The translations under genes were made by a program, and so were the position numbers. Positions 28,928-38,823 of a stretch of 64,000 nucleotides of DNA are shown piece after piece. This DNA is from an uncultured bacterium (GTDB lineage: Bacteria > Verrucomicrobiota > Verrucomicrobiia > Verrucomicrobiales > DEV007). The notes under the pieces are model-generated. The model searched no databases. It was not told the origin of the DNA and saw nothing but the letters and a program-made list of their open reading frames with translations. The stretch is from assembly GCA_963977015.1 (NCBI GenBank), contig CAXBMO010000022.1:1-64000 (forward strand), in the 5' to 3' direction. Positions within the stretch are counted from its first letter, which is position 1. Each line of letters begins with the position of its first letter.

Positions 28928-30688
28928 TTAGCGCGTGTTCTGCTGGTTCAACATCGGACGCAACATCACCACCGTGCCATCCTCACCGAATTTCGACTGA
29001 ACGCCGAAATTTGCGATGTAGAGACAACCGGTTTTCGGGTCCTGGGTAATGTCCAGCGGTCCTTCGAGGCGGAGCTTTTTGTTTCCCGGTGCGCGTAGTT
29101 TCTCGACGCTGACGGGTAAACCGTCGGCGCCCGGTTGCATGACGGCGATGTCTCCCGCCGAGTAAAAACAACAAATGATGGCACCGGACAAGGGATCGGG
29201 GAAGTCCGGAGAATACTCCAGCATTCCATTGGGACTGGTGCCGCCCCATTGCCAGATCGGGAACATCAATTCGGGGGCGAAGCCCGGATCCGGGGCCGTT
29301 CCCACGGGATACTCCGGAATTTCGAAAGGATCGGGTTTCGACGTCGGATTTCCCCCGTTCAGCACGAAGTGACCACGCGCTGGATTCGGGAAACCGTAGT
29401 GACGCCCTCGCTCCAGGATCAAGAGACTTTCGTGATCCGGCGTGTTCCCTTTGATCAGCAGATTCTGGTTGCCGGGAATGCCCGGGTGATCGGGAACTCC
29501 ATCGGCAGGTCCGGCTCGATCATTGATATTTACGGCTGTATAGAAACGGCCGTTCGAATGCGCGATGATCTCCAGAGCATTGCGAACGCCCGTTGCGAAG
29601 ATCCGGATCGGCGAATCCGATGCTTCCGGATCAAAACCGGTGTCGGGATGAACGTCGAGAGTCTTTTCGATCGTCTGATAGTCGATTTCAAGGATACAGG
29701 CGCTAAGCTTTTGCTCTTCGATTCCCCAGTTGGCGGGCCCACCGGAACTGCTCGTCGAACCGACCGATTGATAGAGTTTGCCTTGATGGAAAAGCAGTCC
29801 GTTCGGTTGGTGGGGCGGCCTTTGGTAACCACCGAGGAACTCCCTGCCGTGCGGCAGTCCCTCAATCACGATTTGTTCGGTGACCTTGTCGGCCAACTCG
29901 ATCCGCGTTATTTTTCCGGTGAAATAGTAGCGACTGTCGTCTTTAGGCGTCAGGCGGTCGGCGAAGCTCGCCCAGAGAATCGGTTCGGCGGCGGTTGATT
30001 CCGGATCCCACTCCAGATCGATGTACTGGCGGCTTTTTTCCGGATCACGCAGTATCTGCTCGCGATTGTATGGCTTCCCCGATTCATCGAGACTCCACCG
30101 GACCAACGAACCGAAGGCATCTGCCGCATACAGCTTTCCGTCCGGCCCTACGGAAATCGTGGTCATCGAGCGGGTGCGATCAAAGACAAGCGGCTCGAAT
30201 TGCAGTCGCTTGCTTGGATCGAAATTCTCCTCCCCGGTCGTGAATGTGACCGTGAAAGGTTTCAGCCCGGCCGAGTTTCGCTTCGCCTTTACCTTGTTCG
30301 AACCACGAATCTCATAGCTGGTGTTCGGAGAGAGAAATTCGGTTGGAACCAGAGTGATCGACGCGTTGGTCAGATCGGTGCTTCTTCTGAGCGGGACGCT
30401 CTTCTTGTCTTTCACCCGCTGCAACGTTAGACCACCGAGCGTCTTCGGATCAAGAGCCTCGGAAAAGCGAAGCTGAAGGGCTGCGGAAATGGCGACATCG
30501 GTCGCCCCATTGTCGGGATGACAGCCCGCCAGTTCCGTGGCGTTGGCGAGACTCGTGATCGCCGCCAGGATAGAGCCGGCAACCCCGATTCGGAGAAGCG
30601 CCCCCTGAATCCTTGAAACAATCCGCCGCCCAGCGCCCGCCACCAAGAGCGTGACCATCAAACGAAATACGAGGCAATCAACCACCAT
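28928..30688 (-). CDS. Ig-like (Big_5) domain plus glucose/sorbosone-dehydrogenase-like beta-propeller protein
   Basis: PDNGATDV...LRFSEALD...FTTG Ig-like domain; GPDGKLY, HQPNGL, ATGVRN, HYGFPN propeller motifs; start uncertain. Confidence 0.72.
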   Translation of the reverse strand: MVVDCLVFRLMVTLLVAGAGRRIVSRIQGALLRIGVAGSILAAITSLANATELAGCHPDNGATDVAISAALQLRFSEALDPKTLGGLTLQRVKDKKSVPLRRSTDLTNASITLVPTEFLSPNTSYEIRGSNKVKAKRNSAGLKPFTVTFTTGEENFDPSKRLQFEPLVFDRTRSMTTISVGPDGKLYAADAFGSLVRWSLDESGKPYNREQILRDPEKSRQYIDLEWDPESTAAEPILWASFADRLTPKDDSRYYFTGKITRIELADKVTEQIVIEGLPHGREFLGGYQRPPHQPNGLLFHQGKLYQSVGSTSSSGGPANWGIEEQKLSACILEIDYQTIEKTLDVHPDTGFDPEASDSPIRIFATGVRNALEIIAHSNGRFYTAVNINDRAGPADGVPDHPGIPGNQNLLIKGNTPDHESLLILERGRHYGFPNPARGHFVLNGGNPTSKPDPFEIPEYPVGTAPDPGFAPELMFPIWQWGGTSPNGMLEYSPDFPDPLSGAIICCFYSAGDIAVMQPGADGLPVSVEKLRAPGNKKLRLEGPLDITQDPKTGCLYIANFGVQSKFGEDGTVVMLRPMLNQQNTR

Positions 30689-30725
30689 GTTTGAAACTAC
30701 GCGTTGATAGAAACTCGTTCAACCA

Positions 30726-31214
30726 TCACCTGACGATGCTGCCCGGGATCCGGGCAATCCCCTCCCGAGATCGCGTAGCTGCACGCGCCGCGTCAATCGT
30801 GAACAGATCGTGCTTGCGCAACCACCAGAGGGCCGCGCAGGCTGCCAGCATCGGGATGGCCGCGAAGAAGAGCAGGTTCGGGTAAGTCCATGGGTCGAGG
30901 TAGTTTTTGTAGGAGCTGAGTGTTGAGACCGCGTGGAGAAACAGGATTAGCCCATAGCTGTAAGTGCGGAACAAACCAGCGACGAAGCAGATGATCAGCA
31001 ATGATTGGACGGCGCCGATCGCGTAGGAGAGTGCGTTGCTGAGATTTGAAATCCCGTAGAACTTTTCGAACACGGCCGCTGCGTGCTCCGGGTTGGCAAA
31101 TTTGTCCAGCGTCCACATGATAAAGACGCTGGCGATTCCCAGCCGTAGCCAGAGCAGACACCAGGCCAGTCGGCGGCTTAAATTTGATTCCGTATCGGTT
31201 TTAGTCGTCGTCAT
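30726..31214 (-). CDS. DoxX-like membrane protein
   Basis: LRLGIASVFIMWTLDKF, HAVSTLSS, NLLFFAAIPML. Confidence 0.8.
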   Translation of the reverse strand: MTTTKTDTESNLSRRLAWCLLWLRLGIASVFIMWTLDKFANPEHAAAVFEKFYGISNLSNALSYAIGAVQSLLIICFVAGLFRTYSYGLILFLHAVSTLSSYKNYLDPWTYPNLLFFAAIPMLAACAALWWLRKHDLFTIDAARAATRSREGIARIPGSIVR

Positions 31215-31261
31215 CTCAGTTGGGGTGGTTTGGAAATGGGTTGGTTGAATCGGGTGAACGT

Positions 31262-32044
31262 TTATCGGGCAGAGACCTTCACGACTTCGGTCGCGGCGAG
31301 CTGCTTCACCAATTCGGACAGGTCATTGACCACGTAGTCCGGCTTGGCGACGTTCGGGTAGAGCGTCTTCCCGGGACGGGCGATGAAGGCCGTCTGCAAA
31401 CCGACATTCTTGGCGCCCGCCAAATCCCAGGCATGGGCGGCGACCATCAAAACGTCCTCCGCTTCGAGGCCTAACGTATCGAGCACCAGCTGATAGGTGT
31501 CAGGGTGTGGCTTGAATTTCTTGACGCTATCGACGCTGAATCGGTTTTCGAACAGGTCGGTCAAACCGGCGCTGCGGAACTGCGTTTCCACTCCCACGGC
31601 TGATGAATTCGTCAGGCTGACGAGGCGGTAACCGTCTGCCTTCAATGCTTTCAACCCCGCAATCACATCGGGATGCGGCGGTAGCGAGCGTAGCGGTGTG
31701 ACGATCGCCTCTTTAGCCTCCGCCTCGGTAAGTTCGATGCCCTGCGTCTCCGCCACCATCATCAGGGCAGCGGTGCCGATCTCGCCAAAGCTGTGGTAGT
31801 CGCCACTCAAGGTTTCCACCAACGAATAGTGGAGCATGGTGGAGAACCACAGCGGCAGAAACTCCTCCCGACCGCCGAGGGCTTTTCCAACCGACTTCTT
31901 GAGTGGCTCGAGATTGAGCAGGGTTTCGTTGACGTCGAAGATGATGACTTTGGGCTTGGACATGGCTTTCTCTTCTATGGCGCTTCCGTTGATGCTCATC
32001 AGCCCCAAGGTCAGGGCGATGAGAACTAGGGTTGGTACTTTCAT
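31262..32044 (-). CDS. L-2-haloacid dehalogenase type II with signal peptide
   Basis: FDVNETLL motif I, SLTNS, KFKPHP, MVAAHAWDLAGA; hydrophobic N-terminal signal. Confidence 0.9.
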   Translation of the reverse strand: MKVPTLVLIALTLGLMSINGSAIEEKAMSKPKVIIFDVNETLLNLEPLKKSVGKALGGREEFLPLWFSTMLHYSLVETLSGDYHSFGEIGTAALMMVAETQGIELTEAEAKEAIVTPLRSLPPHPDVIAGLKALKADGYRLVSLTNSSAVGVETQFRSAGLTDLFENRFSVDSVKKFKPHPDTYQLVLDTLGLEAEDVLMVAAHAWDLAGAKNVGLQTAFIARPGKTLYPNVAKPDYVVNDLSELVKQLAATEVVKVSAR

Positions 32045-32101
32045 TGTTTTTTGGTTTTGTTAGAGTTAAAAATGTAGTCTCCGATCCGGGACGAGATGAA
32101 A

Positions 32102-32743
32102 TTAGTTCAGAATGGTCACCGGAGTGCCGATGCGAACTTTCGAGAAAACTGCGGGTACGACATCGGCTTGTCCGCGGATGCAGGCATGGGAAGCGGCATA
32201 GCGCGGGACTTCGCCGACGTGCATCCCAATGCCGCTCCAGGTGAGGCGCATCCAGTAGGGCATGGCGGCACCTACAAAACGACCGCCGGGTGGGATCTCA
32301 GCGAAGCGAGAGTCGGCATCGGCGTTCACCACATTCCCGCTGGCATCGTGGACCTGCCCGTAACGATTGGAGCGCTTGTCGGAGATTTTTTCCAGGATCG
32401 TGTAATTTCCAGCCGGAGTCGGGTGACTGGCCTTGCCGGTCGATACCGGGTAGTCGAGCGCGACCTCATCGCCATTCATGAGAAACGCTCTCTGCAGGGA
32501 GATGGAGATCAGGACACTCGAATTTGACGCGTCCGTCCGCGAGAAGACCTCTTCGTTGCGGTAGCTCTCGGAGGTGCGGGGATAGTCGGGCTGGGTCTTG
32601 AAAGAGTGATAGTCCGTAATCGGAGCAGGCGCACTCACGACCGTCGTCGGCTGACTTCCCCGTGAAGCTGGAAACCCTGCGCAACCGGTAAAGGTCAGAG
32701 CAGCCAACAAGCAGAGGACGGTAGCGATGCGGTGTGATTTCAT
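32102..32743 (-). CDS. L,D-transpeptidase (YkuD) family lipoprotein
   Basis: Lipobox FTGC; PVSTGK, TPAG, MPYWMRL, IGMHVG...ASHACIR catalytic His/Cys. Confidence 0.92.
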   Translation of the reverse strand: MKSHRIATVLCLLAALTFTGCAGFPASRGSQPTTVVSAPAPITDYHSFKTQPDYPRTSESYRNEEVFSRTDASNSSVLISISLQRAFLMNGDEVALDYPVSTGKASHPTPAGNYTILEKISDKRSNRYGQVHDASGNVVNADADSRFAEIPPGGRFVGAAMPYWMRLTWSGIGMHVGEVPRYAASHACIRGQADVVPAVFSKVRIGTPVTILN

Positions 32744-32768
32744 GTTCTAAAATGGAGGGGACGGATTG

Positions 32769-32788
32769 TTTTGACTAATCGGTCCAAA
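32769..32788. promoter_or_regulatory. TetR operator copy 2 (upstream of the L,D-transpeptidase)
   Basis: TTTTGAC-TAATCG-GTCCAAA, 17/20 identical to the palindrome at 33448. Confidence 0.72.
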
Positions 32789-32826
32789 CTCGACCAAAAA
32801 AAGGGTTGGAAGTCGTGCTTGCCTGC

Positions 32827-33408
32827 TTAGGAGATGAGGCGTTTTGCTTGATCTGCGATCTGTTGGAGTGCCGCTTTCCCCAGCGTTCCACGCCCCATTA
32901 CCCGCAATCCGACCAGTAGCGCCATCAACGCCTTCGCGGTCGAACGCGGATCGACGGATTCCGGGATATCGCCCTCTTGCTGGCCGCGTTTGATCAATTT
33001 TTCGAAAAAGGTCGCCACTTCCTTAAATCCATCCGCGACGACTTTCTTCACCTCGTCGTCGTAGCTGGCGTAGTCGAGCGAGGAGTTCACCAACAGGCAG
33101 CCTTTTTTGTCAGCATCGCCTGAAGAACTTTGGACGCAGCGATCGAACCACCCTGCGATGGCCTCGCGCGCATCGGGAATCTTCTCCATCTCGAGCATCG
33201 CGGCCCTCCTGCGCTCGTTGTCATATTTCAGAAGCGCGCGGAGGAACAGGTCGTCCTTGCCCTCGAAAGCGTTGTAGAGACTCCCGCGTTTGATTCCGGT
33301 CGCCTCGGTGATGTCCGAAATCGAGGTGGCGGCATAGCCCTTTTTCCAGAAGACCTGCATCGCCTGCTCGATCACATCGGCTTCTTCGAATGTTTTTTCC
33401 CAGGGCAT
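32827..33408 (-). CDS. TetR/AcrR family regulator (NemR/ComR-like)
   Basis: AMQVFWKKGYAATSISDITEATGIKRGSLYNAFEGKDDLF HTH; GCLLVN motif; start at MPWEK (33408). Confidence 0.92.
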   Translation of the reverse strand: MPWEKTFEEADVIEQAMQVFWKKGYAATSISDITEATGIKRGSLYNAFEGKDDLFLRALLKYDNERRRAAMLEMEKIPDAREAIAGWFDRCVQSSSGDADKKGCLLVNSSLDYASYDDEVKKVVADGFKEVATFFEKLIKRGQQEGDIPESVDPRSTAKALMALLVGLRVMGRGTLGKAALQQIADQAKRLIS

Positions 33409-33447
33409 CGTACTCAGTTTTTTCTCAAGGTTTAGATTCCTAGCCCT

Positions 33448-33467
33448 TTTTGACCAATCAGTCAAAA
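33448..33467. promoter_or_regulatory. TetR operator copy 1 (autoregulatory)
   Basis: Perfect TTTTGAC-N6-GTCAAAA about 40 bp upstream of the tetR start. Confidence 0.78.
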
Positions 33468-33634
33468 CATGTTTTATCCTCCATTCGTGTCAGGCAAATT
33501 TCGCGACTCTCCAAGGTCTTCTTTCTCACTCCGATCCACCAAGGTTGGATCGATGAGCATCCCCTGTTCCTTTTTTTCGGATTCGAATCTCTTAAACTTC
33601 TTCTTTTTGTTTCCTCGAATCATTTCCTACTGAT

Positions 33635-34459
33635 ATGGGTTTCGTCATGTTCGTCGGACTCAAAAAACTCTCAATTGCCCCAAACAACGCGGCCAACGGC
33701 TTTCTTCTCGTCTTAGGCATTTGGGGAGCGGTTGCCGTTGAAGCCATTGCGGGACTGAAGATCTACTACATCCGCCACGCCGAAGCGGGGCATAATGTGA
33801 AGGAGGAATGGGAATCTGTGAGGAAAAAGGACTGGCCGTCATTTGTCGGCGATCAACAGAAGTTTACCCCCAAGGGCGAAATTCAGAGGACCGAAGCGAT
33901 TCGGAAACTCGATCGATACGATTTCGACTTTATTGCAGTCAGTCCGATGTGGAGGACGCGTCATACGATATTGCCATACCTGAAGGAAACCAAAACCAAA
34001 GCTGAGATCTGGCCGGAGCTTCACGAAATGTATGTCAGCTCGATCATCGTTTCTTCCGATCTTCCCAAGCACCGCGGCGAAATTCTCGGGAAAGGAGACC
34101 GGATCGAAATTCCGGATGCCGAAACCCGCTATTTTTCCTTACGAAAGGACGGAACAAGAGAGTTTGAATTGCCTCGATTCAAAGACGGCCATGTTGAGAA
34201 GGAGGCTGAGACAGCGGCTGCAAAGGTGATCCTCCAGCGAGTGGCTGATATGATTAAGGAACAGTTCAGTAGTGATGACTCAGTACTCTTGGTAGGACAC
34301 GGAAGCAGTGGAAAAGGTCTCCTCCGTTTCCTCACCGGCGATCCGTTATCCGGGTTTCCAAGTCTGACAAACGCAGGCGTCTGGATGGTGGAAGAACAGC
34401 CGGATGGACAGTTCGAGCTCATGCTCTATAACGACGTCCCACTAAAACCCGAAAAGTAG
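33635..34459 (+). CDS. Histidine phosphatase (phosphoglycerate mutase-like) family protein
   Basis: IRHAE, SPMWRT, LHE, LLVGHG; hydrophobic N-terminus; start uncertain. Confidence 0.82.
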   Translation: MGFVMFVGLKKLSIAPNNAANGFLLVLGIWGAVAVEAIAGLKIYYIRHAEAGHNVKEEWESVRKKDWPSFVGDQQKFTPKGEIQRTEAIRKLDRYDFDFIAVSPMWRTRHTILPYLKETKTKAEIWPELHEMYVSSIIVSSDLPKHRGEILGKGDRIEIPDAETRYFSLRKDGTREFELPRFKDGHVEKEAETAAAKVILQRVADMIKEQFSSDDSVLLVGHGSSGKGLLRFLTGDPLSGFPSLTNAGVWMVEEQPDGQFELMLYNDVPLKPEK

Positions 34460-34642
34460 CAGAGACCCTGTTCCGCGAAAACAACTTGCCCTACGCCGTC
34501 GGCCCTCCTCCAAAGAACTCATCGAACCACGCGCCGATCAGTGGGTGATCCAACATCTGTCCCGACTGGCGAACGCACCGGCTCGCGTCGCAGAAAGGGT
34601 GCAGACTCCTGACGGCCGGATTAACGATCGGCAACCCGCACG

Positions 34643-35869
34643 ATGATTGACTCACTCTCCCATCAAGAAGCGAGGAAACTCGTCCTGTTATCACAGCGCT
34701 TACCACCGCCGAAGACCGTCGGTAAGTCGGTCGAGGCTACGTTGTCAGCCATCGAGCACCTCGGCTACGTCCAGATTGATACCATCTCCGTCATTCAACG
34801 CGCCCATCATCATACGCTTTGGAATCGAAATCCCCATTACCAGCCCTCCCAACTCGAACAGCTGGTCGTCGGCAAGCGGGTTTTTGAATACTGGTCTCAT
34901 GCAGCCGCCTATCTGCCGATGCGCGATTACCGATACAGTTTGCCGCGCAAACAGGCCTTTGCCTGTGGCGAACAGGAGCATTGGTATGAACGTGATGAGC
35001 GATTGGAGAAGTTGGTAATCAAGCGCATCACGGAGGAAGGCCCTCTGATGGCCAAAGACTTTGTGAATAGTGGCAAGCGAATCGGTGAATGGAAAACCAA
35101 GCCAGCCAAACGCGCCTTGGAGAATCTCTACATGCAGGGTGATCTCATGTCGGCTCGCCGAGTCAACTTTCACAAAGTCTACGATCTCACGGAACGAGTC
35201 ATTCCAGAAGGAACCGACACCACCGTGCCCACGGCGAAGGAATGGGCCCGTTTTCTGATCACCCGGTATCTGCTGGCCAACGGACTGGGTCGGCCCGCAG
35301 AAATCACCTATCTACTGAAAGACACCAAACCGCTGATTACGGAAACGATGCGGGACATGGTTTCCGCAAGGGAGCTGATACCAATCCGCGTCGACGCCGA
35401 ACAATACCATGCACTGCCGGCTTCCATGGAACTCCTCAAAAAGCCTCTGGCCCGCAGCAGACTGAAAATCCTCTCCCCTTTCGACAACCTCGTGATTCAA
35501 CGCAAGCGCATGCAGCACCTCTTCGGATTCGATTACCTGATTGAATGCTACCTCCCCGCCGCGAAACGCCGCTACGGATACTTTGCGCTACCGATCCTCT
35601 GGAACGGACGACTGGCGGCGCGCATGGACTGCAAAGCCGAAAGAAAAGAATCCCTGCTGCACATTCATCATTTGGCGCTGGAACCTTGGCTGGAGGAGAC
35701 CGAGTCCTTCCTTGAAGCCCTTCGCAAGGAACTGGAATCCTTCATGCGTTTCAATCACTGCACCCACCTCCGTCTGCACAGAACGTCCCCGGAACCTGTT
35801 AAACCTGCGCTTCAGGCTGCGATCAATGACCTCGATTTGGGCAAGGTCGTTCCAAGCACTGAGGAATAG
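34643..35869 (+). CDS. ycaQ: Crosslink-repair DNA glycosylase YcaQ (AlkZ/HTH_42 family)
   Basis: VQIDTISVIQRAHH catalytic QxD motif, FEYWSHAA, YDLTERV, LSPFDNL, KRRYGYFALPIL. Confidence 0.9.
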   Translation: MIDSLSHQEARKLVLLSQRLPPPKTVGKSVEATLSAIEHLGYVQIDTISVIQRAHHHTLWNRNPHYQPSQLEQLVVGKRVFEYWSHAAAYLPMRDYRYSLPRKQAFACGEQEHWYERDERLEKLVIKRITEEGPLMAKDFVNSGKRIGEWKTKPAKRALENLYMQGDLMSARRVNFHKVYDLTERVIPEGTDTTVPTAKEWARFLITRYLLANGLGRPAEITYLLKDTKPLITETMRDMVSARELIPIRVDAEQYHALPASMELLKKPLARSRLKILSPFDNLVIQRKRMQHLFGFDYLIECYLPAAKRRYGYFALPILWNGRLAARMDCKAERKESLLHIHHLALEPWLEETESFLEALRKELESFMRFNHCTHLRLHRTSPEPVKPALQAAINDLDLGKVVPSTEE

Positions 35870-36032
35870 CGGCCGCAAGTTCTGAATCCCCGGTGCTCGT
35901 CCACCTGCGCTTCCAAGGGATCCACAATCTCAAACGCTCAAACAGGATTTGGGTTGAGAATCGCGGGGAGAGAGGGAGCGCAAGCAACGTGCTTGCACTT
36001 GGCCCGCTTTTCCTCATAGTCCCTGCACGATT

Positions 36033-36770
36033 ATGGTCCGGACTCTGGATGCATCAAAGGTTCTCAAAACCGCTCTCAAGCTCCAGGCGAGGATGCAAGA
36101 GCGTTTCCCGACACGCGGAATCACGGAGGTCGTGGCTGATGTCTGCACGGTTTCTGAAGAGGCTGCGGAAGTGGCGGCCCATTTGAGGCGACCGATGATT
36201 TGGTATCGCGTGATTGCGGCGATTGTGATTTTGGCGATTTTGGCCGGCTTGATCGGGCTGATGTTTGTTTTCCGACCAGACGAGGAGCTGAGTTTCGTCG
36301 ATCTGGTTCAGACCTTTGAAGCTGGAGTGAACGACCTGATTTTCATCTCCCTGGCAATCTTTTTCGTGGTTCGCCTGGAACGCCGAATGAAACGACAGAA
36401 GGCGCTGGATATGTTGCACAAGTTGCGGTCGCTGGCCCACATCATCGACATGCACCAATTGACGAAGGATCCGGACAGCATCGCCCGAGAAGATCAGCGA
36501 ACTTCGTCTTCGCCAATTCGGGACATGACCGCGTACGAGGTGAAGCGCTATTTTGATTATTGCAGCGAGATGCTGGCCATTTTGAGCAAACTGGCCGCGC
36601 TGCTGATTCAGGATTTTGACGATCCGGTTACGCTAAATGCGGTCAATGAGATCGAAAGTCTGACTTCAGGGCTTTCCCGAAAGATTTGGCAGAAGATCAT
36701 TGTCGCGACACGCACAGAAATTCTGCCATCGGCTCCGGCGGAAGCACTCCCGAACGTCAAAGCGTCTTAA
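36033..36770 (+). CDS. Hypothetical membrane protein (2 TM helices)
   Basis: Two TM segments; LRSLAHIIDMHQLTKDP, YCSEML, LSRKIWQKI look like conserved blocks. Confidence 0.7.
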   Translation: MVRTLDASKVLKTALKLQARMQERFPTRGITEVVADVCTVSEEAAEVAAHLRRPMIWYRVIAAIVILAILAGLIGLMFVFRPDEELSFVDLVQTFEAGVNDLIFISLAIFFVVRLERRMKRQKALDMLHKLRSLAHIIDMHQLTKDPDSIAREDQRTSSSPIRDMTAYEVKRYFDYCSEMLAILSKLAALLIQDFDDPVTLNAVNEIESLTSGLSRKIWQKIIVATRTEILPSAPAEALPNVKAS

Positions 36771-37749
36771 CACGTTCAAAAAAGGTCTCGAGATCACCAT
36801 CGCACTCCGCGAGGAGGGCTTCGAATTTCGGCACCCCTTCATGATAAGCCGCCACGATGTTGAGATGTGCGTTGTTGAGTTCATCGCGGAGCCAGAAGGT
36901 ATCCTCTTCCTCACGACCTGCTGCTCGCAACAGGGACCGGACATGCATTTGTAAATTGCGAAGCCGAGTTTCCTTTTCCCTCCGTTTCGCGGCATCATCC
37001 ACATCGCTCGCATAGAGGGTTTCCAGGGCGTCACGATCCGAGAGGACGCGATCGACGAAGGCGTTCATTTTGATGAGACTGCGTTCGTATTTTTGCAGGG
37101 CGTCAGCATCGCCCTTGGCCCGATACCAACGCCTTACGCCCTCCTGCTCCACGGCCACGGCAAAGGATTCGCTGAATTCCGTATCGCCATGGCGGTAGTA
37201 TTTTTTGTGCGCGAGTTCGTGAAAGAGGAGCGCCGCGAGATCCCGCTCTTTCCAGTCAATGAAGGTGTTGAGAACCGGGTCATTAAACCAACCGAGTGTG
37301 GAATAGGCCGGTACTTCGGCGATGGCCACATCATGCCCCTTTGCCCGCAACTTGTCGGCGAAAGCCTCGGCTGCTTCTTTGCGGAAATAGCCGCGATAGT
37401 CGAGACTGCCAAAAATGGGATAGGTCCAGGCGATGGGTTCGACGCTGAGTTCGGGAGCGGCAAAAACACTCCACAACACGCTCTCGCGCTCCAAGTCGGC
37501 GTAGCGGGTATAGTTCCCATCGTTGGGAAGGAGCAACGCGTCCTCCGCAAACACGAGCAGCTCCTGCACGAGAGCCAATTGCCCCCGCAATTCGTCCGAG
37601 GAAGAGCTCTGGTTCACGACCTTGGAAATGGGCTGTTGCTTTCGAACGACACCAAGCTGGCCGACAATCGCCTGGGAATAGTAGTTCACCTGACAGGAAC
37701 ACAACAGGGTGGCGGAGGCGATCGCGATCAAGAAGGAGGAGGTTCTCAT
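36757..37749 (-). CDS. Zinc-dependent aminopeptidase-like lipoprotein (DUF2265 type)
   Basis: Lipobox LCSC; YRGYF, AYSTLGWFNDP, FHELAH, ESFA; start reset to MRTSS (37749). Confidence 0.85.
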   Translation of the reverse strand: MRTSSFLIAIASATLLCSCQVNYYSQAIVGQLGVVRKQQPISKVVNQSSSSDELRGQLALVQELLVFAEDALLLPNDGNYTRYADLERESVLWSVFAAPELSVEPIAWTYPIFGSLDYRGYFRKEAAEAFADKLRAKGHDVAIAEVPAYSTLGWFNDPVLNTFIDWKERDLAALLFHELAHKKYYRHGDTEFSESFAVAVEQEGVRRWYRAKGDADALQKYERSLIKMNAFVDRVLSDRDALETLYASDVDDAAKRREKETRLRNLQMHVRSLLRAAGREEEDTFWLRDELNNAHLNIVAAYHEGVPKFEALLAECDGDLETFFERVKTL

Positions 37750-37835
37750 GAACAGGGCAAAGCAATCCGAATCGGAGGAGGTTGTCGATTTCAATTTTTG
37801 GTTCTTCCACGAAATCTCGAAGGCGATGCTTCGAC

Positions 37836-38798
37836 TTACGGTACGGTATTGGATATTGAGGCAGACTCTGAAGACGGCGGGTGACGATTCAACCCCGCCT
37901 GAAAACGAACCGCGATGCCCAATCCAATCAAAACCGCCGTTCCACCGGCCATTTGCCACGGCACCATTCCCTGTCCCAGAATCATCCATCCGAGCAAAGC
38001 CGTCGCAACCGGTTGAAGCAAAAGAGTGATGGCCGCCAACGTCGCGGGAAGCCCGGCGAGGCTATAGGCGATGAGCCCCTGGCCGCCCGCGTGGGAGATG
38101 ACACCAACAGCAATCAGCGGCCACCATCCGGCCTGATGGGATGGCCAAAATGGATCGCCATGCCAGAGCGCAATCGGGAGCAGGATGGCCGCAGCCAACG
38201 AACTCGACCAGAACATCAATCTCGGTGCGGAGTGAACTCTTCGAAACGCCTTGGTGGAAAGCAGATAGGACGCGTAGAAGAACGCCGTCGCGATTCCCAG
38301 CGCGTCTCCCAAAACCGGATTGCCGCCGGGAACCACCTCACCTCGCGTGCTTGAACTGAAAATGAGGAGCACCACCCCAAGCCCCGCGATTCCAGCTCCG
38401 ACGATGAACATTGGAGCGATCTTCTCCTTCCAAATCCACCAGGCAAACAGCGTCACCAAGACGATCGATACATTCGCCAGCAGCGTTGAATTTGCGACGC
38501 TGGTGTGCGCGAACGAAGCGTGCCAAACCGCAAAATCTGCGGCGAAAAGGACCCCGGGAAGCCAAATCCAAGTTCCGAGCCGGGTTCCAGCGGGAAACGC
38601 CTGGCCTCTCGGGAGCACGACGAACGCCAAAACTACGGCACCGATCGCCACCCGCCAAAATGCGGCATCCATCATTCCAACGCCCCCGATCCGACCGGCC
38701 AGCACCACAAAGATGGGAGCAAACGCGATGCACAGCGCGCCAATCACCAAACTGAGAAAATGCTTCCAGAAATACGCGGGAGAAGAGGGATTGACCAC
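37836..38798 (-). CDS. DMT/EamA family transporter
   Basis: About 10 TM helices, TSVANSTLLAN, GDALG, GQGLI, LLQPV; start GTG 38798 (ATG 38825 is an alternative). Confidence 0.9.
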   Translation of the reverse strand: MVNPSSPAYFWKHFLSLVIGALCIAFAPIFVVLAGRIGGVGMMDAAFWRVAIGAVVLAFVVLPRGQAFPAGTRLGTWIWLPGVLFAADFAVWHASFAHTSVANSTLLANVSIVLVTLFAWWIWKEKIAPMFIVGAGIAGLGVVLLIFSSSTRGEVVPGGNPVLGDALGIATAFFYASYLLSTKAFRRVHSAPRLMFWSSSLAAAILLPIALWHGDPFWPSHQAGWWPLIAVGVISHAGGQGLIAYSLAGLPATLAAITLLLQPVATALLGWMILGQGMVPWQMAGGTAVLIGLGIAVRFQAGLNRHPPSSESASISNTVP

Positions 38799-38823
38799 GG
38801 CGCGGACTCTTGCACAGTCCTGC

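Noticed and set aside
34469-34483. TGTTCCGCGAAAACA upstream of ycaQ as a LexA box
   Set aside because: Spacing and right half do not fit the TGTTC-N4-GAACA motif I recall for Verrucomicrobia, and it is about 160 bp from the start
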